A stretch of 62,538 bases of DNA, filler included, from Chiloscyllium plagiosum (lineage: Eukaryota): the NCBI RefSeq assembly GCF_004010195.1. It is 3 parts of 2 records of this genome, joined end to end, with 100 filler letters (N's around TTAATTAATTAA, not from the genome) between each part and the next. Parts side by side here need not be neighbours in the genome. Positions count along the whole stretch, not along the records: positions 1 to 28,848 come from NC_057716.1; 2 more parts are not named here. One strand, written 5' to 3'. The notes beneath the pieces are model-generated. The model was given only the letters and a program-made list of their open reading frames with translations, searched no databases and was not told the DNA's origin. A program made the translations under genes and the position numbers. Shown here piece after piece: positions 1 through 11,695 of the stretch (position 1 is the stretch's first letter; each line of letters opens with the position of its first letter).

Positions 1-18
1 CCAAGGATAAACTCCAGT

Positions 19-124
19 CCATTGTTGGATTATTCCAGTCGAATGTTCTCAGATTCTGATCCATTGTTCGAAAATTCCAGTCAACGTTCTCAGATTCTGA
101 TCCATTCTTAGAACATTTCAGTCT
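19..124. repeat. ~41-bp tandem repeat, about 2.5 copies
   Basis: ccattgtt...ttccagtc..gttctcagattctgat repeated at 19 and 61, partial copy at 102. Confidence 0.7.
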
Positions 125-139
125 GTTGTTCTAAGCCTG

Positions 140-410
140 TCTTCATTTCCCTCATTTACTGTTTAGTAGTTCAATAACGTAGTTTTCTGTTAAGTTTTCC
201 AATAGAATTAAGTTATTCAATGTTCCACTTACTTTTGCTCTATTTTATCGACAGTGTTTGAATAAATTTTGGTTTGCTTAATGTCGAATATTTTGACCAT
301 TCGAATTGTGTCTGAAACTCAGCACGTCACATCTACCTTGAAACTAAGAAAGCGTGCAGGTCAAGTCTACCATCTCCATGCATTTTGAGGGACTCTACTT
401 GGTCCGTAAG
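140..410 (+). mobile_element. 3' part of a gypsy-type LTR (degenerate)
   Basis: AATAAA at ~261 followed by ...tttgacca...ggtccgtaa; similar by eye to LTR 3' ends at 38070-38305 and 55070-55279. Confidence 0.45.
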
Positions 411-1181
411 GAGTGGGACCGAAATTCACGATTTAATTGGATAATTACTTAATGGACAACATGTTGCAGAATAATGGGGCTTAACAGCAGAATGGGCCGA
501 GATGGAGGATTGATATGGATATCAGGCGTTATATCCGATACTCAATCCAGTTCACAGATTCAGTTCAGAAACATGGATGGCCAGATGAGATATCTGCTTA
601 ACATGGAACAATGTGCAGATCAGGCTCAGTGCAACCCAGCCATCTGTTCAGGAACACTGTATAGTGCTCACCAGTCGATGAGCTATCTGTCCAACATGGG
701 GAGCAGTGGAGCCCACACGGATACACTCAATTCTTAACCAGGACGAAATGGTCTCTCTGGCATGGGGAGAATTGCAGACCACAGCAGTGCCTTTCTCTAT
801 AAATGCGGAGAAGACAAGTGTTCAGTATGTGGAACATAGCTTCATTTTGCAGTCGCAGCGGTAGTGGTGAGACCGGGGAACAGGAGCTGTTGAGAAGGTA
901 AATGTACTGCTCTATTTTGGCAGCAGCTGAAGCCAACACATGACACGTGCACTTTCTCCCACCCACCCTCCTCCTCTAACAATTAAGACAGTGGTGGGTT
1001 GAAAGGGTAAGGGTTTTCTATTTCTGTTCGATCGTGAGATTGGTGTAAAAATTACTTTTTTGTTTCCTTTTTCTATTTATCTACTCATGAAAATTTGAAA
1101 CAAAATGTGTGACCAAGAAGTGTTAGAAAACAATTAACCAACACAGTTATATCAATTAATAACGTAATTAACGAAGTAGAG

Positions 1182-2100
1182 GTGGCTGTGCAGGTGATGT
1201 GCTGCAGCTGTCGAATGTGGGAGCAGGCTAATCTCAATATGAGTGACAGTGACACCATCTACAGCAAATGGTGGTTGGTGGAGTAACTCCAGCTCAGAGT
1301 TGCTGATCTGGAATCTGAGCGTAAAACACTGCAGCAGGTCCAGGAGTGGGAGAGTTGGTTGGAAAATTCATTTCAGGAGGCAGTCACACCTCGTCGATTA
1401 CGTAATTGAAATTGAGTTAGTGATCAGTAACAACAGGGTGTGGTTGCAAATGAGGCAAGTAAGGATATTCTGAGTTCAGAAATACAGGAAATTCAGCTTT
1501 TCAACTTATCCACCAGGTATCAAATGCTTGCTCCCTTTGTGGATGAGGAAAATGGCGACAGGGTGCATGAGCCAGATGACTATGACATTATGATGCAGAA
1601 GGCCATTCAAGAGGGGGAGGAAAAAGACAAGTGGTAGTTATATGGGATTTTGTAATTAGTGTGACAGTTATCCTTTACAAGCCAGATCAAGAGCCCCTCA
1701 TACGTGGCGCCTGAACGGTGCCAATATGCAGAACACCTCTGACAAGCTTGAAAGTGTAATGGGACGGGGTGTGGGGATGAGGATCCAAATGTTGTGATCC
1801 ACGTTGGGACTAACAACTCAGGCATGGCGAGGAAGGAAGATCTGTTTGGGGATTATCAAGCACGATGAACAAAATTAGGGAACGGTGCCTTAAAGATTAT
1901 ATTCTCCGGATTACTGCCTGTGACACGTTCAAAGTAGTTCAGGGATAAGAATACTGTAGGATCAAACACGTGGCTAAGGAAATGATGTGGGAAAAGTGGT
2001 CCAATTCATTGGATATTGGCATCAGTTTTGGATTTGTACGGATGGGATGGTCTCCGATGTGGAATTAGTTCTCATCTGAAAAGGATAAATAGGGTGATCC
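1182..2100 (+). pseudogene. CR1 ORF1 remnant: zinc finger/leucine zipper + SGNH esterase domain
   Basis: VMCCSCRMWE...LQLRVADLE N-terminus; esterase blocks RQVVVIWD (GDS equivalent), DPNVVIHVGTNN (1781-1816), DGLR (DGLH equivalent, ~2046). Confidence 0.75.
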
Positions 2101-2419
2101 TTCGAGTGGAAGGGGAAGGGAAAGGAAAAAAAAATCACAGAAAGTGCAATGGTACATAAAAAGGCAGGCAGCAGGTTAGCATGTGTGCAACAGTGTTTAA
2201 GTACAAGGCAGACGATTTAACGAGTGAAAAAAAGGATAACTCAAGAGATATTCTTCGATATTTTGGAAATCATGAAGTTACGAAAGCTATCAGAACGGCA
2301 CGTTACCTGAATGCTCGTCGCATTCCTAAAAAGGTTGATGAGTTAACAACACGAATCATCGCGAATGAATATGATTTATGAGCAATTATGGAGACACGGT
2401 TACAGAATAGTTATGACTG

Positions 2420-3026
2420 TGTCACAAAGCTGGACTGTTTTCTAAAAACTGTTATTTTTCTCAAGTATACTGTGCCCTCAGTATTCTTTCAGTTGGGGCG
2501 TAAACAGGTCAATGCTCCGATTAAATTAGTTTGGAACAGTGATGAAGAATGATTGTGAGAAGCCTTTTGATTAAGTGTCAACTGATGAGAATTCAGGCCA
2601 AAGTGGCCATGGTTTAGAAGTGACCAGGATAATGAAAGGGGAGTGGTCAGCTCTCTAGCTGAGCAGTTCAGTCCAGAACTAGTTCAGGAGTTCAACAGTG
2701 GACTTTATGAAGAAAGACAGCTACACTCTCTCTATTTCTGCCTTTGTAACTTCAATCTGTAAGCATTTGTTCCATTTTTACTGTTGTTTCAGGGGATTTG
2801 CGTATTGGCACGTATATTTATATTCGGAACAGCATAATGAAGCAAATTTGGAAATACTGAGTTCTGTCGGAGTTATTTGCTGTGGTCTTTATGTTGAATT
2901 GTGTAATTTTGTGAATAAATGATTGCCTATTTTAAAATCTTGTAAACTTACGGAAACAAATTGCAAATTTGTGGCCTAGTCTGCTTGATTCAGAATGTTT
3001 TGAATGGTCTGACCGAGTCCATTACA
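2420..3026 (+). mobile_element. Solo gypsy LTR inserted in the CR1 endonuclease domain
   Basis: TG...CA ends; 4-bp flanks ACTG/TCTG; internal AATAAA ~2914; removing it restores the frame ETRLQNSYDWELNVQ. Confidence 0.85.
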
Positions 3027-6000
3027 TCTGGGAGTTAAATGTCCAGACGTAACAGACTATTCAGAAGGACAGACAGAAATATAAGGGAGGTGGTGTAGCT
3101 CTGATCTTCAAGGACGATATCAGGGCAGTGCTGAGCGATGACATAGGTACACGTGACAATACATTCAATTCAATTCAATTTATTTAATCCATTTGGGTGA
3201 AAATTAGAAATACGAAGATGAAAAAAATCACAGAGAGTCTTAGTCGATGGACCACCAAATAATAAGATCTCCGTGCAGCAGGTAATAAACAAAGAAATAA
3301 CTACTGCCTGTAAAGATTTTACGGCAATTACCATGGCAGATTTAAAGATACATGTCGATTGATTGAACCGGCTTGGTCAGGGTAAACTAAAGGGGAAGTT
3401 CCTTGAATGCATCCGTCATAGTCCTCTTGACCACAATGTAATGGAACCGACGAATGAACAAGCTATCCAAGATCTGGTCCTGTGTAATAAGATCAGAACA
3501 ATTAATGACCTCATAGGCAGGGATCCACTTGGAAGGAGCGATCACTGAATGGTTGAATTTCAAACACAGATGGAGAGTGTGAACATACAGTCGAATAAAA
3601 GGATCCTGTGCTTAATAAAGAGGGGGTAAAATAGAATGAGAGAGGACGTGGCTAAAGTAGACTGGAAGCAAAGATTTCATGGTGGGACAGTTGACGAGCA
3701 GGAGAGCAATTTCAAAGGAATTTTCCAAACTGCTCAACACAAATATCGACCAATGATATGGAAGGACTGTAACAAAATGAGTAATTTTGCAATGGCGGTG
3801 GAAGGAAACAAGTGAGAATATCAAATTGAAATGTTCTGGCATACAATGTGGCCAAGAACTTCAGGAAACAAGAAGTTTGGGAAAACTTTAAAAGTCAACA
3901 GCAAGTCACAACAGAACTATAAGGAACATGAGAAAAAACACTGGCACTGAATATAAAGACAGATGGCAAACGTTTCTATAAAGAAATAAAACGAAAAGGT
4001 AGAGGATAAAGTGAAAGTTGGTCCGTCAGAGGATGAAAAAAGACATTTAGTTAATGATATGTTGAAGTGGTCGAGGAGGTAAATAACCATTTTGAATCTA
4101 TCTTCACAGTGGAGGACACCAATATCTATGCCAGTGATTAATAAAGAGACAAAGGTAAGGGAGGACCTGGAAACAATCATTATTACTGAAGAGGTAGAGT
4201 TGGGCAAGCTAATGGAGATTAGAGTAGTCACGTCTCCTGGTCCTGATGGAATGAATTTCAATGTGATAAAAGCGATGGTGGGAGAAATAGTGAGTGCACT
4301 ATCAGTAATTTTCCAAAATTCTCTGGACTCTGGGGCAGACCCAGCAGATTGGAAAACAGCAAATGCGATGCCACTGTTCAAAAAGAGAGCTACACAAAAG
4401 ATGCAGAATAGTTATATTAACTTCGTTAGTGGGGAAGAAGCTTGCGTCTATTTTCAAGAAAGAAATAATAGGTCTTTTCGATAGAAAATGCCCCATTTAA
4501 CAGACACAGCATGGGATCATGGAGCGTACGCAATGCTTAACACATTTTCCTGAATGATATGAAGTCATGACAAGGATGGTAGACAACGGGGGCCCAGTGA
4601 ATGTGGTGTACCTAATTTCCAAAAGTCCTTCGACAAGGCGACGCACAAAAGGCTGTTGTGTAAGACAAAGATGCATGGTGTTACTGGAAATGTATTAGCA
4701 TGTACAGAAAATTGGTTGACGAACAGGCAGAAAAGTTTGGCAATAAATTAGTGCTATTCTTGTTGGCAATCAGTTAATAGTGGTGTCCCTCAGGGGTCAG
4801 TGTGGTGACCGCAAGTATTCACAATTTATATAAATGATTTGGACTTGGGGATCACGTCTTGTGTGCGAACATTTGGAGATGACATTGAGATGAGTGGCAG
4901 AGTAAGTGTACAGAGGACTGTGAAACTTTGCAGAGGAACATAGATACTTTAATGAGTGAGTGAAGGTCTGGCACATGGTATGCAATTATAATAAATGTGA
5001 GGTCACCCACTTTCATATGAGTAATAGTAAAAAGGATTATTACCTGAATGTCAAAAATGTGCAGGATGCTGCTGTGCAGAGAGACCTGAGTTTTGTTGGT
5101 GAGTCACGGAAGGTTGGTCTGCAGGGACAATAATTACTTTGGAAGACAAATGTAATTTTGTCTTCCATTGTGAAAATGATTAAGTTTAATAACAAGGAGA
5201 TAATGCTGCAGCTGTACAGGGTGATCGTAAGGCAACACCTGGAGTACTGCATGGTATGTTGTTCTCCTTACTTGCGAAAGGATATGCTGGCACTCGAGGG
5301 GAGACGGAGGTGTTTCACTAGCTTAATATCATAGATGAGGGGGACTGCCTATGAGGAGAGACCGAGCAGACTGGGATTATATTTATTGGATTTCAGACGA
5401 ATGCGGAAGAATCTTATAGAAATATACAAAACCATGAAGGGAACAGATAATATATAAGTAGAGATGATGTTTCCAGTGGCAGCTGAAATTAGGATAAGAG
5501 GGAATCGCCTCAAAATTAGAGGGAACAGATGAGGGTATGAATTGAGAAGGAACTTTGTCACCCAGAGGGTTGAAAATCTATGGAATACCTTTCCCAGTCA
5601 AGCAGTTGACGCGAATTCAGTAAACGATTTTAAAGATAGATTCGTTGTTGACCAACAAACAAATTAAGGGATTCAGTGAAAGAACGGGTAAGTGCACCTG
5701 AGTTCATGAAAAGATCAGCAAAGATCTTTTTTCAATTGCAGAGTAATCTCCAAAGGCAGATGGCATGCTCATGCTCCTAGATTCTATGTTCTTTTTCACA
5801 TCAATGATTTGATGTGAGCAGCAGGAGCAGTTATCCACCGAAGGTATGGAGCATTGTATTCCACCCCAGTGTATTGCTCAATAATGCTGTGTTGACCGCT
5901 GTCAAAAGTGGGGAAACTTGCAGCTCCTGCTGGAAGTGCAGGTCACACCCTTTATCAGCTTTGTGCCCTGACAAGTTCTGCTGTTGGTGTGAAATGCACC

Positions 6001-6631
6001 GCCAGAGGGAGATAACGAGGGAACCATTTTTAATACCAACAAAGGGTCGGGATATGCAATATATAGACAGAGGAGTGATTGCGAGATAATGTCATGCAAG
6101 AATGTGTTCTCGGTTTCAGGATGCTGAAATGCAGACATTTCGATAGCATCCTAAAACAGAAATGAATGTTTCCAGAACTAATAGGTGAACGGGATATTGG
6201 TATGAGGTCAGTTGATGGAGAGTTCTGAATAACCATTTGTTCTGCAGGTTTGTGACTGTGGATGTGCTTACCAGAGTCTTGGACTCATTTGGCTTAATCT
6301 AACAATAATTTGTCTCAGTGTCATTTTCATTGAGTGTGACAGAGGGAGCGTCTGCCCCAGACTGAGATATTTTCCGAGTGATACCTTACCGAACTCACCA
6401 CATTAACCACCTCCCGCATTCCCCATAGTGTCCCTCTCATTCACTGCCAGCCCGATTCTCCTATGTATCATGGCTGGAGGTACGCATCATCTCCCCGATG
6501 CCCCAGTACATTTTGTGATCTGTGGCACTGGTACCATCTTTAAAAGTCCAATGTGCATAGAGTTTAACTTTCTCAGTTGAGAGCTGCCCCACAATTTACA
6601 CCGAGCATGGCAGACAAAGAGCAATTGCACC

Positions 6632-7830
6632 TGACCAGGTCGTCACGGAGGGAATGGTCTTTGCGGAAGGCGGAAAGGTGTGGGGAGGGAAATATATCCC
6701 TGGTGGTGCAGTTTGTTTGGAGGTGGCTGAAATGTCGGCGGATGATTTGGTTTATGCGAAGTTTGTTAAGGTGGAAGGTGAGCACCAGGGGCGTTCTGTC
6801 CTTGTTACGGTTGGAGGAGTGGGGTCTGAGAGCGGAGCTGCGAGATGTGGACGAGATGCGTTGGAGGGCATCTTTAACCACGTGGGAAGGGAAATTGCGG
6901 TCTCCAAAGAAGGTGGCCATCTGGTGTGTTCTGTGGTGGAACTGGTCCTCCTGGGAGCAGATACAGCAGAGGTGGAGGAACTGGGAATATGGGATTGCAT
7001 TTTCCCTCCCCACCCCTTTACGCCTTCTGCAAAGTCTTTTCCCTCCATGACTATCTGGTCAGGTCCAGGCTCCCCTGCAACTCACCCTTCCATCCCATCC
7101 TGGCACCTTGCCCTGCCACCACAGGATTTGCAAAACCTGCGCCTACACCTCCTCCCTCACCTCCATCTAAGACCCTAAAGGAGCCTTTCACTTCGATCAT
7201 ATTTTTACCTGCACATCCACCACTATCATTTATTGTATCCGTTGCTCCCAATGCGATCTTCTCTTCATTTGGGAGACTGGACGGCTCCGAGCAGAGTGCT
7301 TTAGGGAACATCTCCGGGACACCCGCACCAATGAACCACACCGCAGTGTGGCCCAACATTTCAACTCCTCCTCCCACTCTGCCGAGGACATTAAAGTCCT
7401 CGGCCTCCTTCATGGCCACTCCCTCACCACCAGATGCCTGGAGGAAGAACGCCTCATCTTCTGCCTCAGAATACTTCAACACCAGTGCATCAATGTGGAC
7501 TTCAACAGTTTCCTCATTTCCTCTTCCCCCACATCATCCCAGTTCCAAACTCCCAGCTCAGCCCTGTACCTATGACTTGTCCTACCTGCCTATCTTCTTT
7601 TCCAGTAACCCACTCCACACACCCCCTTCAACCTATCACCTTCATCCCCTCCCCCTCTCACCTATTGTACTCTGTGACACTTTCTCCCCACCCCCACACT
7701 CCTCTCACTTATCTCTCCACTCTTCTGCCTGTATTCCTGATGAAGGGATTTTGCCCGAAACATCGATTTTACTGCTCCTCGGATGCTGCCTGAACTGCTG
7801 TGCTCTTCCAGCACCACTAATCCAGAATTT
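6632..7830 (+). mobile_element. Penelope-like element (family A), GIY-YIG endonuclease 3' portion with an inverted upstream segment (6632-7000 on minus strand)
   Basis: Minus: AIPYSQFL...TPLVLTFH...FPSPHLSAFRKDHSLRDDLVR. Plus from 7001: FPSPPLYAF..LHDYLVRS..C..CKTC..IIYCIRCSQCDLLFIWETG..FREH..VAQHFN..RCLEEERLIF. Ends in a hammerhead-containing tail. Confidence 0.85.
7733..7768 (+). ncRNA. Minimal type I hammerhead ribozyme motif (degenerate)
   Basis: CTGATGA-a-GGGATTTTGCCC-GAAACATC; ACGT palindrome of sister copies mutated to ACAT. Confidence 0.6.
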
Positions 7831-7849
7831 TAAATAATCTTATCAACTT

Positions 7850-8790
7850 GAGTGGCAACTTCATGTGAATTGCGGTGATGGACTGCAAGAACTTTGCATT
7901 CCTCCACACTGCCAAGAATCCTGCCTTTAATCCAATATTCTGAATTCAAATTCGACCATCCAAAATCAATCGCTTCAAACTTTTCATTTTGATCTCCAAT
8001 TGCCACTTTTCAGCCCAGTCCTGCATTCTGACAATGTCCCGTTGCAACATACCATAGGCCTTCACACTATCCACAACTCGACAAACGTTTGTGTCATCGG
8101 CAAACATACTACGCATTCTTTGACTCATCCAATTCAGTTATAAAACTCAAAACGAGCAGATGTCCCAAAACCGACCCTGCGGACCACCGCTGATCACCGA
8201 GCTCCAGGCTGAATACTTTGCATCTACTACTCCCTCTGTCTTCTATGGCCACTAATTCTGTACCCAAACAACGTGTATTTCCATACCAGTTGTATATCCC
8301 ATGCTTCCTTTCTTGTGAATGAGCCTACCAATGGAAGCTTTTCAAACGCCTTGCTAAAATCCATGGTCATCATATCATTGCACCACCTTCATCCATGTAT
8401 CTTGCCACATCGTCAAATGATTTAATAATGTTTGTGAGGCATGACCTGCCCCTCAGAAAAGCATGCTGACTATCCCTAATCAACCGATCATTTTAATAGT
8501 AATTATAAATCGTGTCTGACAGAATTCTCTGCAATACTATGCCCAGCACTGATGTATGATTTACTAGTCTATAATTCCCATGATTTTCCACATTCCGTTT
8601 CCTGAACTAGGGAATAGCGTTTCCCACCCTCCAATCATCTGGCACTACTACAGTTGACAGTGAGGACTGAAAGATCATCGCCAAAGAAGCAACAATCTCT
8701 TCCCTTGCTTCCTGTAGTAATCTGGGTTATATCCCGTCTGGCCCAGAAGACTTATGTATCCTCGAGTTTTTACTTCCAACAGTCTATTCT
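7850..8790 (-). mobile_element. CR1 LINE RT fragment
   Basis: FADDTNVCRVVDS..LQRDIVRMQDWAEKWQL; VVPDDWRVGN. Confidence 0.85.
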
Positions 8791-9044
8791 TCATCTCCAA
8801 TTCTCGACTCCATAATGCCCCCTTCAAGCATCTGGTAGACCGCTTTCCATTCAGTGCTGTATACAGTGCCGCCTTCCTGAGCAAGCACAGTTCCCAATTC
8901 CATTTTATATTGTAATACTGGAATGGAAAACAATGGGAAGGCACCAATGCCTTCCCGATGTAGGGTTTATGCCAAAAACGTTGTGAATTCTATGGTGGGG
9001 GTGATAGGCCGGAGAGGAGAGTGGAGCGAATAGATGGGAAGCAA

Positions 9045-9470
9045 AATGACCTTGTTGAAGAAGGAATGAAAAAAAAGTCTGGGAGTTATTGACAGCTAGG
9101 CTTAACGTCTGTGGTATGTAAGTGAATTGAGAAGATTCCCAGGGATAAGATGGACATGCATTTGGAAAGAAAAAGTTTGATTAAGAATAGTAAGCAAGGC
9201 TTTGTGCGTGGAACTTCATACCTGACAAATTTCTTGAAGTTTGATAAAGTGACCAGAAAGGTTTACTAGCACGCGGAAGATGTCGAAAGATGTGGTGCTG
9301 GAAAAGCCCAGCATGTCAGGGAGAATGCAAGGAGCAGAAGAATTCTCCTGGTCCTCGATGCTGCCTGACCTGTTTTTCTTTACCAGCGCCAAGTTTTAGA
9401 CTCTGATCTCCAGCATCTACACTCTTCACTTTCTACTGGGGCAGTAGATTTTGTGTATGGACTTCAGTTA
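9045..9470 (+). mobile_element. CR1 LINE RT fragment interrupted by a Penelope hairpin
   Basis: GLTSVVCK.., SKQGFVRGTSYLTN, YMDFS-like motifs. Confidence 0.7.
9286..9437. mobile_element. Fold-back (hairpin) insertion of the Penelope family A terminus
   Basis: gtggtgctggaaaagcccagcatgtcagg..aggagcag / tcctggtcct..gctgcctgacctg..taccagcgcc are imperfect inverted arms; followed by ctctgatctccagcatct. Confidence 0.7.
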
Positions 9471-9789
9471 CAACAGAAACAGGATTAGGCGGTTCAGCCC
9501 TGGAGATGAATATACAGTTACAAGAGGAGGTTAGCCAGCCTCTCAAGCCTATAACACTAGACCAAATCTAGGCCATGAGATACCCGTATCCTGTTACACA
9601 GCAACAGGATCGGTCCATTCAACCTCTTCAATTCAATAACACGGGCGAGCAATTGACTGGTGTATGGGGAATAATGGAATATTATCTCAGACATCTCAGA
9701 CCTACCTTTCCCTTCAGGAAGATTATAGATAATCGCCTGTAAGCAATTTCTCTTTCATACCGAATTCTTTGTAAACCTGAACTCTCTGA

Positions 9790-10350
9790 CGTGTCAAAAT
9801 GCGTTGACACGTTCACCAACATCTAAGTGACGTAACTCCCCAAACTATTTGGGTATAGTGGGCCCAACAGTCACAACCCTCCGACAACAGGAAACACTCC
9901 CAACACATATACATTGTCCTGTTGACATGAACAAAATATATGAACACAGCATAAGAGTAAATGAGCCAGATATCACGACAGGCTTTGACAAAGCAAGGTG
10001 TCATGGAGCCTGAACAAAATTGATGTTGACTGGCATCGGTTGTACAGTCATCACTGGTTGGATCATTCAGAACACAATGTGACTGGTGGACATCAATCCT
10101 CTCAGTCCCTGCATATAACTATGTGCATTCCTTGGTGAAAATTTGTCCGCACAAACATCTTCAGTTGCTTCATTAATGCATTTCCCCACATCATGCCAAA
10201 AGAAATGAGGATGTCCAGTGAAGATCGCACAATGTTCAAAACAATCTGTCACCCCATCAGGTGCTGAAATATCAAATACTGAACAGCATTCAATCTTGTG
10301 CTGTTAATATGTCGGTAACATGCCAATAACAGTGCCACGACACATTGCAC
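9790..10350 (+). mobile_element. Highly decayed fragment of the second LINE family (as 55280-57480)
   Basis: Similar by eye to 56260-56760 (gatatcacgacaggctttgac.., cacaatgttcaa.. segments). Confidence 0.5.
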
Positions 10351-11234
10351 ACTTCAATTGTCTAAAAAAGGAGCTCATGCAGCATCTCAAACTGGTTTCA
10401 CGAGACATTACAAATCCATTAAGCCTATCGAAACTGTTGGATAAGAAGACGCACAGCCCGTGCAGGGTATCTTGCGTATTATACAGGAAGAGTGCTCTTG
10501 TAAGAAATGCAAATGTTTGACTTCAAAATAGACAGCAGGTGTCTGGAGTAGCACAACAAGTCAGGCAGCATCAGGAGGTGGAGAAGTCACCACCTTNNNN
10601 NNNNNNNNNNNNNNNNNNNNNNNNNNNNNNNNNNNNNNNNNNNNNNNNNNNNNNNNNNNNNNNNNNNNNNNNNACGGGAAAACACATTATACTTCAGAGC
10701 TGTTAATGCTCTGTTTTGAAAATAATGAATGTTTTTCATAACCCTCAAGTTTTAATGCAATCACCTTTTATTCTTTTCTAGCGAAACAGATTATTTCTTT
10801 CACACTCTCCTCATGGCACCATCACGGCAGTGATTATCTCCAGCAATTCCTTTACACTGTATCTCTGTGGCAAGGAGATCATTTCTTATAAAGGAGAGAC
10901 AAGCTATACACATTTCTCCAATTACTTTCTGAACAACATCCGACCACTGCAGGAAGGTGTCTTCACTCTTAAACTTTAATAATTTTGCAAAGAAGTGCAA
11001 TATACCATTTACTGTGCTGATTACTTGCTGCCTGGTATGAATTATGTTCGTGACTCATGACTAGGGACACACAGCTCATTTTCGCCAAGTGTTCTTCCGA
11101 TCCTCTGACAATGTCACATCGACAAAATCATAAGGGTGGTACTTTTGCCTAATCATTCTTTGCGTTAAGAAAATCTGCTCTTCAAGCACAGCCACACCAA
11201 CAGCAACGCCACCATCATCAGTGGAGCTGTTTGC

Positions 11235-11695
11235 CGATTCGATGGTCTCGCGGTATTAATGCCCGGACCCAAGAATGAGCCAGAGTCCGGATTCGAAATC
11301 CCAATCATGGCTAATAGTGGCATTGGAATTATTTGGATAAAAGGGAATTAAGTATCAAATGAAACAAAGAAACCATTGTCGATTGTCCGAAAATGCTACC
11401 TTGCACTCTGATATCCTTCAGGGAATGGAACCTACCATGTTCACCTGCTCCGGCTTCTGTGTGATTCCCGATGCATAGTAATGTGTTTGACTCACATTTG
11501 CCCTGTGAAATGACCAAGCCAGCCATTAAGCTGAATCACACGCTAAAAAGTCTCAAAGAAGTGAAAGCGGACAGAACTAACCACTGACCACTTACAGCCG
11601 ACGCACTGCAGTGGTCAGGAACGCAGCTCATCAACACCTTCTCAAGGATAATGGGGATAGGCAATTAAATTCTGGTGCAGCATCCAACGAATGAA
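11235..11695 (+). mobile_element. tRNA-headed SINE with conserved central core; 3' tail shared with the second LINE family
   Basis: B-box-like ggattcgaaatccc; core aaaccattgtcgattgtccgaaa..tccttcagggaatggaacctacc..; tail gcagctcatcaacaccttctcaagg..ggcaattaaattctgg matches 57380-57455. Confidence 0.7.

Larger units (their letters stand above)
950..5793 (+). mobile_element. Near full-length decayed CR1 (HER1-like) LINE: 5'UTR, ORF1, ORF2 (APE + RT), 3' tail
   Basis: APE motifs YLNARRI (~2303), ETRL..DWELN, PLGRSDH (~3530); RT motifs SPGPDG, DWKTAN, SGVPQGSV (~4780), FGDD (~4873); 3' tail gctcctagattctatgttc; many stops and frameshifts. Confidence 0.9.

Noticed and set aside
474..966. Short ORFs 474-737 and 727-966
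   Set aside because: No recognisable motif or splice context; they lie between an LTR remnant and the CR1 5' end.
6577..7482. Overlapping 140-300 aa ORFs on both strands as novel genes
   Set aside because: Antisense or alternative frames of the GC-rich Penelope fragment.
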